Shown: positions 48,801 through 58,310 of the stretch, one piece after another
Position numbering within the stretch: position 1 is the first letter of the stretch
Layout of the letters: every line of letters begins with the position of its first letter
NCBI GenBank assembly: GCA_965202585.1
Contig: OZ241832.1
Coordinates: 60,698,001-60,762,000, forward strand
Direction of reading: 5' to 3'
Length of the DNA: 64,000 nt
DNA from: Thalia democratica
Taxonomy: Eukaryota
Notes under the pieces: model-generated
Seen by the model: only the letters and a program-made list of their open reading frames with translations
Database searches by the model: none
Told to the model about the DNA's origin: nothing
Program-made: the position numbers and the translations under genes

Positions 48801-50918
48801 ATGGCATTGGTCCAATATTTTACTGTTATATTGTCATTTGATAAAAAACATTTAAATTACTTTCCGTTACAGTTTAGTTGTTTAGAAAACAAAAAATTTT
48901 GTAGAAATTAATAAAACAATTAAAGTTACAACAAAAACAAAGTTTTTTTTTGTGTGAATACTTGTCAAAGTTTTATAAAAGAATTAAAAAAAATACTAAT
49001 TTTTCTAAAGTAAGCTATGTCTATACAAAACAACACATAATATTAAACTAACAAAAGTTAATTGCTTTAAAAAAGCTTTATTAAAATAGAATAAAAAAAA
49101 ATTACTACTGTTTGACAATTTAATATTCAATAAGTTCGTGTTTCACAAAAACTATCTCGGTTTAACCTCTACATAAATTCTAAATTCCAAAAAGTGATTA
49201 ATCAACTTGCCTATTGTAAACCTCTTATTGTAACAGATCAGTATTAAGATATAAATCTGTTTGTCCAATGTAAATCAACCGTGAATACAGATTTGTAGAG
49301 CACAAATAATTTTGTATCTAATATTAATCATTGCATGACAAGAGATATAATACAGTGTGTACATTTTTAAATTTATGAAGTTTAATGTTGGTGGTGTTTG
49401 TGCAAAGTGTTTACACAAGGATTAAATTTTATTGGTTTGAGTAAACAGGTTAATTGAAAAGTCACGACACTTATTAACACATTGTGCAGTGTTTGTGCGT
49501 ATTTTAAAATACTGTGTAGTATTTGTATAAGATTATATACTATTGTGGAATAAACAAGTGTATAGAAAAATTTGAAATGATAGTTTGTAGTGTAATAACT
49601 CTTAATAAATATCTATATAGCAGTATTTATAAAAGATAATAAACATAAGCCTACTATCTAAAATTTTAAATTATGTACGCATACATGCGTAACCTACTAC
49701 AACAAAAACATGAAAATAAATTACCAAAAGTCACATGAACAAATTTAACTAAGTTTGAAAATATGACGCAAAGTTTTGGATTTTTAACATGAAAATACAA
49801 AACAGTTTATTATTTTTAAATCTTCTTACTTCTTGTGTAACAAACCCAGCCTGGTTAGGGTTGTTACCTTTAGAGGTAATAGCTTTGTTCTTTTTCTTAG
49901 CCACACGTTTTGAGCGTTTATCTGTGAAGTTACTATCTGAACCTATTACTATCACAAATTATAAATAGTTATTTACTGCAAATTATATAACGAATTCTAA
50001 CAATATCTGCGATCAAGTGTTTTATCAAACCAAAAATAATATATAACATACAGTAACTCAATTTATAACAACTGATAACACAAACCAAAGCAAACATAAT
50101 TACTCTTTAGCGCCAAATAAAAAAATAATGTCGTAAAAATTAAAATTTAAAATAACAAATAATTTGTCACAATTTCAGATGAGGAAGCAACGGACAAGTT
50201 CGAATATCAGCACCAACCCTTACCCTACCCCCCACCTTCAGGGTAACCATGGTAACCATGGCAACCAGGGCGGTTACCAACAAATAATGTCGCCGTACAC
50301 TGCAGCAGGAATGCAGAATCCTCATCTCAACATCAACCAGTTCGGATCTCATCCTGGTATGAACTTTCCAATATTTTTGATTTTATGTAAAAATATTTTA
50401 TTACATTTACCCCATCTTAACTTCAACTAAACGAGATCAAACTTGTTTAATCTTAGTCTTTAAATTTATATAGAATTTATACGAAATCCAGTTGAAATAA
50501 CAGACATTTAAAAGTTTCACTTTTTTAGATTAAAATTCAAACTCTTAAATTTTTAGTAACAAACAGCATAATTATCAAACATTTTACCATACAGTTTTAC
50601 CTTAAGTCAAAATAAATCACACAATTATTGAACTGTGAGCTTAAAAAGTCAGTATTTTTATCATTCTTATTAACATAAAAAAGCAAAAGTCTAGATAATT
50701 TTTTTTTCTAATATTTTTTCAGGCCATTGCTTAAAGCAGCAACAATTAATCTTCTAAAAAAAACAAAAACATTTTTTTTATTTTTTTTAGATCTTGGTTT
50801 CGATCACCATGCCGGCTACCAGCCCGGCCAAACCAACTGTGACGTCACCATCCACCAGGACTCGCCCGCCGTGACGTCATCCAACCTCCAGAACCTGTTC
50901 GACCTCCAGCAGCAGTGA
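12788..50918 (+). CDS. tcf3/4/12: Class I bHLH E-protein (TCF3/TCF4/TCF12/daughterless family), 17 coding exons, 608 aa predicted
   Basis: b[65 protein letters not shown] followed by the E-protein C-domain motif RNLNPKAAC. All 16 introns are GT-AG with compatible phases; total CDS 1827 nt. N-terminal exon assignments are less certain than the bHLH region. Confidence 0.9.
13279..13310 (+). CDS. tcf3/4/12: E-protein coding exon 2 (32-nt microexon)
   Basis: ttttag|GT TGG...TCT|gtaagt; (S)[10 protein letters not shown]; phase 1-0. Confidence 0.7.
14605..14689 (+). CDS. tcf3/4/12: E-protein coding exon 3
   Basis: ttttcag|...|gtagtt; [28 protein letters not shown]; phase 0-1. Confidence 0.75.
15344..15384 (+). 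CDS. tcf3/4/12: E-protein coding exon 4 (41 nt)
   Basis: ttacag|...|gttagt; (V)[13 protein letters not shown]; phase 1-0. Confidence 0.7.
15665..16783. mobile_element. Non-autonomous hAT-like DNA transposon with a 6-bp TSD
   Basis: Perfect 15-bp TIRs CAGGGTTCGTGCGCG...CGCGCACGAACCCTG, flanked by TTACTA on both sides; subterminal TCAGGCTAAAT repeats (4 left, 2 right); no ORF. Confidence 0.85.
17380..17740. promoter_or_regulatory. Intronic CpG-island-like promoter candidate
   Basis: Dense CpG; NRF1-like palindrome ACGCATGCGT (17443-17452); BANP/ZBTB33-like TTTCGCGAGA (17626-17635); GA-rich tract. Confidence 0.5.
19640..19781 (+). promoter_or_regulatory. Candidate alternative first exon ending in ATG
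   Basis: CpG patch ending gtgtttATG|gtaagt (perfect donor at 19782); phase 0, in frame with exon 21305. Confidence 0.55.
21305..21404 (+). CDS. tcf3/4/12: E-protein coding exon 5
   Basis: catacag|...G|gtgagc; [33 protein letters not shown]; phase 0-1. Confidence 0.75.
27226..27374 (+). CDS. tcf3/4/12: E-protein coding exon 6
   Basis: gtttcag|...ATG|gtcagt; (V)[49 protein letters not shown]; phase 1-0. Confidence 0.85.
27980..28320. promoter_or_regulatory. Intronic CpG-rich enhancer or promoter candidate with RFX X-box-like sites
   Basis: ATCTCCATGGCAAC (28008), GTTGCCAGG (28041), GTTGCCATGACGAC (28089), GTTGCCAC (28194); GGGGCGGG GC-box. Confidence 0.5.
28930..29260 (+). promoter_or_regulatory. 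Candidate second internal first exon ending in ATG
   Basis: CpG-rich block ending cagtttATG|gtaaaa at 29258-29261; phase 0, in frame with exon 29636. Confidence 0.45.
29636..29692 (+). CDS. tcf3/4/12: E-protein coding exon 7
   Basis: cacacag|...CAG|gtaaga; [19 protein letters not shown]; phase 0-0. Confidence 0.85.
30867..31001 (+). CDS. tcf3/4/12: E-protein coding exon 8
   Basis: caacag|...|gttagt; [45 protein letters not shown]; phase 0-0. Confidence 0.8.
31894..32103 (+). CDS. tcf3/4/12: E-protein coding exon 9 (acidic, symmetric 210 nt)
   Basis: Long pyrimidine tract, ctaactttcag|...|gtcaga; [70 protein letters not shown]; strong GC3. Confidence 0.85.
38720..38771 (+). CDS. tcf3/4/12: E-protein coding exon 10
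   Basis: tttttcag|...G|gttggt; [17 protein letters not shown]; phase 0-1. Confidence 0.8.
38982..39133 (+). CDS. tcf3/4/12: E-protein coding exon 11 (contains a basic NLS-like tract)
   Basis: atttcag|...|gtgaga; (G)[50 protein letters not shown]; phase 1-0. Confidence 0.85.
39664..39731 (+). CDS. tcf3/4/12: E-protein coding exon 12
   Basis: gttacag|...AG|gtagtt; [22 protein letters not shown]; phase 0-2. Confidence 0.8.
40088..40459. mobile_element. Possible Tc1/mariner-type MITE
   Basis: Inverted ends CAGTGCGCGC...GCGCGCACTG with TA on the right (left flank is GA, so the TSD is imperfect); CpG-rich non-coding interior. Confidence 0.5.
43448..43549 (+). CDS. tcf3/4/12: E-protein coding exon 13 (bHLH basic region)
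   Basis: cattgcag|...AG|gtgaaa; (S)[33 protein letters not shown]; phase 2-2. Confidence 0.95.
43826..43965 (+). CDS. tcf3/4/12: E-protein coding exon 14 (helix-loop-helix)
   Basis: tttacag|...A|gtaagt; (R)[46 protein letters not shown]; phase 2-1. Confidence 0.95.
47269..47396 (+). CDS. tcf3/4/12: E-protein coding exon 15 (C-domain)
   Basis: ttttcacag|...AAG|gtttgt; (M)[42 protein letters not shown]; phase 1-0. Confidence 0.92.
50179..50356 (+). CDS. tcf3/4/12: E-protein coding exon 16
   Basis: atttcag|...G|gtatga; [59 protein letters not shown]; phase 0-1. Confidence 0.85.
50791..50918 (+). CDS. tcf3/4/12: E-protein terminal coding exon 17
   Basis: ttttttag|AT CTT...TGA; (D)[41 protein letters not shown]. 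Confidence 0.85.
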
Positions 50919-53346
50919 CGTCGTGGAAAAATTCCCCCGAAACGAGAAAAAAAGAAAAAGTGGCCAAATTGCGCGTCGTTTGTGAATATTTGTACAAATG
51001 TTGAGATCAAATTATTTTATTTTTTTTCGTTATTCGTCCTCTTTATTGATTCATTTTATCTTGTACAGAGACACAGACCCTTGATTTTCTTTTTGCTGTT
51101 GTTCGCTAAATTAACCGTTTTGCTTTGAAGAAGTCTACTTTTTTGAAAACAAAATGTTGATTTAAATTACCGAACTTATAATAAAAATATATGTTATTAT
51201 TAAAGGCTTACGGAAAACAGTTACAACAAAAATAATAAACAAAAAAAAAAACAGGTTTTCAAATTTGTTTAAAGCACTGAACTTACTAACAGTTAGTAGA
51301 AAAAATGTTTTATTTTATCTCCACCCATTATTGAGAAATCATGCATCTTGAGTTTTATAAAATTCCGTTCATTTTAAATAAAAAGTTTTATAAAGTTTTT
51401 TTATTCGAAACGTGCCAACCGACAAAAGCGAGCTTATTGAAAATATTTCAACAAAAAACAACTCCCTCCTCGTTCGACTTCCTTGTTGGGGAATTTCCCT
51501 CCAGCTGAAGAGAAACTCCTCCTGAAGAAGCAAAGAGAGCTTCTTTTGTGCGACGTCACTTTTTTTTCTTGAGAAACTTTTGTTTGTGACGTCACTTAGT
51601 TTTTTGTGAACTTATCTCCCCTCCATGTCATCTGAGTCGTCTCTTGCAGTTTTTTTTTCTTAATATTTGTACAACTGTTTTACAACATGTTTGTTTTATT
51701 TGATGAAGGATTTTTAATTGGAAGCTGAACTATATGTGTCGTGTCAAACTTGTTTTGAATATTTTTGTTTGAATTTTATATTTTGTTATTGTTTTACTGA
51801 ACTGATTAATTCATTTTTTAATGTGAAAAACAAGGATTCTTGGCTAATTTAAATATGTTAATAAAGAATTAATGAAGTTGATCTTTAAGTGTCAACAAGT
51901 TTTACATTTTCATGAAGTTAGTTTATAAATGGTTTTTTACGTTGCTATTAAAAATTACTTAGTTTTAAGAAATAGTTATAATAGTTTTTATATTAAACTA
52001 CGATTATTTTGTTTTTTTACAAGTATAGACTTGAATTACTGATCTATTAGTATGTATTTTTAAGTTTTTTTTTTTTTTGTTTTGCATTGTTTATAAGAGT
52101 TGATGTTAGACAAAAAGTTGTACTTACATTAAGTTTTCGTCAAGTTAGATGAGAAGTTATAAAATGCATATTTCATAAAGTTTTTTTGCTTAAATTGTGA
52201 TTAACATCACAATAACTATTAATTAGAAGCGTTGTTAATATATATAAATAAATATATTACAACTATAGAAGAAAAATTTGATAATAATGTATTCCCAAAA
52301 AAATATTTTAAGTATTTTACTTGCATTTATTATGTACTTCTAAAAACAAATACTTTAAATTTTGCACTATTCTGTTTATTAACAATAAAATATTTGATAC
52401 CTTGTACATTGAGTTTCTAAAGTCATGTTTTAATGACTTTGAACAAGAACCTTTTTACATGTGCCTAATTATTGTTAAAATAAAACTATCAAAGTAATAA
52501 AACCTTAACTTTTTGTGTTTATCTTTATGTGAAGACATGATATAAGATTATAATTATTCAACTTTTATCATGCATTTTTTAATGTTATAGTCTTCAGTAG
52601 AACAAAAGCGATAAATTGTTAAACTACAATCTAAACTAAATTTTATTCGTGTTTTCGAGTGTAACAAATAGAACTCCTTAGCTCAGAATGTTTCATTTCA
52701 AACAAAATTTTTTTGTGTGAAGCTCAATCTTTCGAGCCCAATCATCATTACCGAACACAGTCTTGTTGCTGGAAGTTGTTTGTGACGTCACAATGAAAAG
52801 TAGCCTTGTGATGTCATAGTTGTCAGTGTCTTAAAATTCGTCTCTTTGTGCGAATCTTGGTTCTTTATAACACCTTCTCAGTTATTTATTGGTTTTTCAT
52901 TTTTTCATTACTTAATATAAGATTTAAACTAAAAATATTTTATGTGTTTATTTACTTTTTACCTAATTTTCTTTAGCTTTTAAGTGATCTACTAAGAGTT
53001 TTAACTACACTGAAAAATGTTAGTAAAATCTATTCCCCTTATTGTATGTTGAATTTTTTTTCGTTTTATGTCTTACTTGTCTTCGTTTATCATGAAACTT
53101 ACATTTTTGATGTAGAAAGACCCTCTTTACTTTTATACTAGAAGTAATTAAACTTTAAAACTTCTTAAAGTGTGTACTTAACCAAAAGCTACATAATTTT
53201 TACAAAACTTAACTTAGAATTGTATGAATATTTTTTATAAGTTAGCTAACTTGAAACATTTAAACAAACTTTTTTTTAATTACTTTGTATAAAAGTGTGT
53301 GTTTGTCATATTTTTTATGTCTAAAAATTTATATTTTATTAAAACA

Positions 53347-53352
53347 AATAAA
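53347..53352 (+). terminator. Probable polyadenylation signal of the E-protein gene (3' UTR ~2.4 kb); duplicated at 60552-60557
   Basis: AATAAA at the end of a T-rich UTR-like stretch, followed by T/G-rich sequence. AATAAA is frequent in this AT-rich DNA, so the assignment is tentative. Confidence 0.35.
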
Positions 53353-53905
53353 ATATTTTGTACCATGATGCTACTTGTTATTTTAATGATCTAAATGATT
53401 ATGTAAATAAGTTAAGTCTAATTTTTTTTAGTAACATCTAAGAATGTCTAATATCTAACCATAGATGTCATTTTGGGAAAACTTAAAGTCTGAATATTAC
53501 TTTTTTTTTATACAGGGTAGTAATAAAACAACACTTTTTAAACCTAAATACATGATTAAATTTGTTTTAACCCAAAAAATGATAAACACTTTGACATGAT
53601 TTAAAACCAAACTTATATACTTACGTGTGTTTTTCAACTTTTCTGCATTTAGCATTTATAAACAATTAGTGACCTTAGCTTGCAAAAATGCTATCTTTTA
53701 TCATTACTTAACGTGTAACACTTTTTTTCAAATAAATTAACCAAAATTTGAATAATAAATAATTTCAAGTAGTGATTAGTAGTTATTAAGATCACTTTTT
53801 TCAAGTTTGTATTTCACTCTACTAATGTTTTTCATATACCAAGTCAACCACTTAAAAATAAGCAAGTATAACTCAGCTCAATTTTAAAAACTTTAAAGAG
53901 CTTCA

Positions 53906-55680
53906 GACAAAAGATTGAGTGATTCAAAGTTTATTCTAAAACTACAATTTCGCAGTGGTATTGCTACAAGTGATTATTATATGAAAAGATAGAAAATCAC
54001 AACATAAAAACTATAATGAATGCAACAAAATCCGTACTTAACATCAGCAGCAGGTTTGGATCAAAACAAACAAAAACAACAGCAGTAACCTTTTTGACAC
54101 AACCATGGAAAGGAAGCATCGTGCAGAGATTTGCAAATTAGTTTTACAAAATTACACATTTTGAATGGCATAAAAAGAAAACTAAATGGAATATAAGTCA
54201 GTATTTGTAGAGACGATGGTCTTATAGAGATTGAAAAAAAATACAAGTGGACCAGATATCACGAAAGTAAAGAAGAAAATGCACGAATATGCTAACGAAA
54301 TAGAGATCAAAATTGGATTAGAAAACCCAGCATACGAAATTAGTTACCTAGATCTCAACCTGAACTCAAGAAATGGAACATTCCACCCACACTCGTTTAG
54401 TTTAGAAAACTAAACATTGAAACCAAATACATTGTTTTAAATTCAAACCGCCCTTACTCTATCATAAAGCAGATACCAAGTATGATTGAAAAAAGGACCA
54501 ACAAGTACTCAAGTAATAAAGAACTATTCGATTCATCATAAAACGTATACAATGAAGCCTTAAAAAGAAATGGATACAGCAAAGAGATCAAACACATCGA
54601 TAAGATTAATACCACAACCGAAAAAGGTAAAAGTATAAATAGAAAACGAAAAGTATTGTGGTTCAACCCACCATATGACTAGGCAGTAAAAACGTACATA
54701 AGCAGAAACTTCATAAAAATTATAAATAAACATTTTGGCGATAAGAGTAGAATGAAGAAATTCATTAATAAAATTAATGCAAGAATCAGACACTCCTGCA
54801 CGATTAACATTGAAAATACCATAAAATATCACAACTCCAAGATCCTCCTAGCCAATAAATATAAAAAAAGTTCAAAAATGTGCAATTGCAAAAAAAAAAA
54901 AACAAATTTCCAATGAAAAAAAAAAGAATGTAGAAAAGAAAATGTCATATACGAGGTAAGAATAGAGTCTATCAACGACAGCAAAGTACATATACAGGAT
55001 TAACAGAAAACGAAATCAAGAAAAGAATCGCAGTGCATAAAGCAAAATTTTAGATCGACCCAAATAAGAAGAACAATTCAAAAAATAAGAACTCAACTGA
55101 ACTATCCTAAAGAGACTCACAAGTTAAAAGAAAAAGAACCGCGAATATGAAATTCTTTGGAAATTAATCAAACAAATCCGAAAAACCAGACAAGGAAAAG
55201 ACACCTGCAAAATATGTTTTACAGAAGCCCTAGCAATCTAGAGGAGAAAAGGAACTATAATAACAGAAAAAACGAACTCATGAACACATGTAGACATCAA
55301 GCAAAGTACATACTAAAAAACTGGAAAAAGCAAAACAAAGTGCACTATATAGTTTTTAATGTCTATTGTACTTGTTTTTATGTTTTCGTACTAAAAATTT
55401 ATTTTTCTTAAATGTAATTTTCTTTAAGTTTTTATGCTCTAAGATTTTTCCGTGAATTTTGTTTACGTAATGTACTAATCTTTTTTACTTTTATTAATTA
55501 CTAAAAGCAAACTAGTTAAGTTTAATTAAAAACAATAAACACCACCAACTAGTTTTCAATATATGTATAAACAGCCATATGTAGTTGTTTTGCAAGTTTT
55601 ATTTGACTGATGAGCGCTTGTAGCAATACCACTGCGTTACTGTAGTTTTAGAATTTACATAAAACCACTGAGTCTTTTAT
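53906..55680 (+). mobile_element. 5'-truncated, decayed Penelope-like retroelement (RT C-terminal half plus GIY-YIG) with inverted pLTR-like ends, copy A
   Basis: Frameshifted remnants: NLFDTTM, CRDDGL (YRDDG motif), SGPDITKVKK, YLDLNL, SNxP..IIKQIPSMIEKR, RKRKVLWFNPPY, NKRNELMNTCRH-like C-terminus; ~74-bp inverted repeats at 53906-53976 and 55607-55680. Confidence 0.88.
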
Positions 55681-57169
55681 TATAGACTAAATCAGAAAAA
55701 ACTTAACTAAAATCAATTATTAAAAAGTACATGTTAAATTGCAATACAAAAAAGCTTATTTATAAAATTATACAAGCTGATAAGTCAAAGTGTTACTAGA
55801 AAAAACACATTTTAAACTTACGTAGTTAAAATTATTTCAAATTTATCTTTTTATCTGAAAAATCGCTCAAGTATTGAAATAACACAAGTTCAAAATTACT
55901 CTTTTTTTTTCCTAATTAAAAAGTTGTAAAAAGATTGAAATGTTTATTAGTCGCTAAAATATTATCTTGGTTTAAATAAGCTTTGAGTCGTCAGAAATGA
56001 AAAAAGAGATCAATAATAAATAGTTATGAATTTCTAAATTCAACTTCGCAAACAGTAAAAAAAATAAAAGTGAAACAAATCGATTAAGGTAGAAAACAAA
56101 GGATTTATTGAGTTGATCAAAATCATGAACTGACACAAACCGTTAAACCAACGTGAGTTATTTTTATCTTCAGTTTTTATTCAGACTCACATGAAAATAT
56201 TAAGGTAACTAAGTGATAATAAACTATATCTTAAGTTGAACTTCAATACATGCATAATAATTTAATGAATTTCTTAAGCTTTCAGCATACAAAAATTGGT
56301 GGCTTACACCGTCACAAACACAAGTGTAAGTTTCGGTTTGTTATGATACCCTGGGATCTTTCTGTGAAAAAAAAACTTTTACTATTTCAGAGTTTGATTT
56401 TTTTGTATTGAAGATTTTGATTTTTTGTATATCTTTTAAGGATGGTGAGACTGTTAAACACACAAAACAAAACAGTTGTACAGTTTTTATTTTATAGTTT
56501 ATATTAAAACGTTTAATAAACGAACAGTCCTAAAATCAAAGTTATTATCAAATGATCAAAAAATACACAACATCAAGGAAATAAAACTAAAATTTTCAGT
56601 TTTGTCTACTAGAGGAAAGCTTTTAAGAAACAACATTGCTTGCCACCTACTTGCACTATTTGTAGTCCTTTAAATTTTCTAGGTAGCTAGAAACACCCTA
56701 ATTAACAGCGAGTCATACCCTTTCTGCTATTAGTAGAAAACACCTGAAAATCAAGTTGGAAGCTTCTTATGTCAATCCTTTTGGACGATATCAACTTTAT
56801 TTTGAATATCAAGGTTTTTTTTATTTATTATTAACTGCTTTTATACGAGTTATGTACGCAGCTTTTGTTGTTAAGTTGAAAAAAACATACATTTTTGCAA
56901 AATGAACAAATGTAGCCAAGCAATCACGTTTTCTAACTGTATTTTTTGCTTTATATTTACTTTAGCTTAACTTTACTAAAACTTTGCTAAAAAATATCAA
57001 TGTTGGAAATACATTATAGTTTAAGAAGTCTCCATCAGCAGTAGTGAACACCAAGCAAACAAAACGAAACAGAAACTCCTTATTCATACTTATCAAAACG
57101 TTTATGTACTCGAATGAACTACTTTACTAAACTTACTGGGTTTTAACCTTTTTGAACACTGTTTATTTC

Positions 57170-57253
57170 AAAACTCTAGATTTTCCGAAGGTTTTTTTTG
57201 ATAAAATTTTCAAGTTTCAGTTTTTCCAGGAATTCAAGTATCTTGGCAACCCT
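57170..57253. mobile_element. Single TGGCAACCCTG (hAT-type) terminus remnant
   Basis: ttttccagg...cttggcaaccctg; a similar end occurs at ~4480; no partner found. Confidence 0.3.
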
Positions 57254-58310
57254 GAATGCACTTCTATTAAGTTATTATTATCTTAATATCCAAGTTATAC
57301 AGCCGAAAAAATCTGTTTAATATATTGCACTATAAACATACTATATAAACGTTTATCTTTTCTTAGTATAAGGATTGCTTAGCTTTAAAACAGTAAGCAA
57401 AAAGTATATTTATGCAATTAATTATTTTTTTTACTTCAGAAAAAGTTTACAGACTACTAGTTTTGATTATTATTAAAACTATTAAACTTCGATAGATTTA
57501 ATTTTTTGTCAACATGAAAATAATTTTTAACAACACAAATTTACAATTTAAAAGAGTCCACAACTTAATTATAATAAATATACAAGCTCTACATATACTG
57601 GCAATTAATTTCGTTAAATTTTTTAGTAAAAGCTATCTTCACTGTGGTTTTAAAACAACCGACCTCAAATTTTCATGCAATGTTTCTTGCGATAAAATTT
57701 GTCGTTATTTAAATTAAAGAAACAATTTGTTATCAGGTTTTTAGAAAATAAACAGTTTATCAAAGTTTTCAACAACAACACAACTTACTATTGATTTGAT
57801 ATAATACTGAGAAAGATTTAAAATAATCAATTTAAAATACAAAAATAAACTTATTTTTGGTAAAATTGTTTTTATAACTAGTTTTTCCATAAAAATCAAT
57901 TTAATTCTTCCGAAAACTGATTTCTATATAAACTCTTTTTTTTAAAGAGAAGGATCAAGATTAAACAATTAATTACAAATAGTAGATGTAAACATATTAT
58001 TATAATATATAAAAATTATATTTATCAAGACAAAAAAAAAAACAATTTTAAAGTTGATTAAAAAAATTTTTATCAATGTGACCTTGTTTTATACAACCTA
58101 AAAAATACAATTTTTGAATTATATTCAGTACATGTAAGAGATTAACTGTTATATAAAAACACTAATATAAGTTATTTTCGCGACATATTATTTCCTCAGT
58201 ATAAACTTAAATATTGCTTGCTAAAATAAAATAACCTAAATGATGTGACTGAATAAATTGATGAAAATGAATTTGAAAATTTACTAGTCATTAAGTCTTA
58301 AAACTATAAC

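Larger units (their letters stand above)
51086..56782 (+). repeat. Segmental tandem duplication, copy A (matched part; the unit probably extends to ~58310)
   Basis: Colinear with 58311-64000 throughout (offset 7225 at the start, ~7218 at the window end). Confidence 0.95.
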
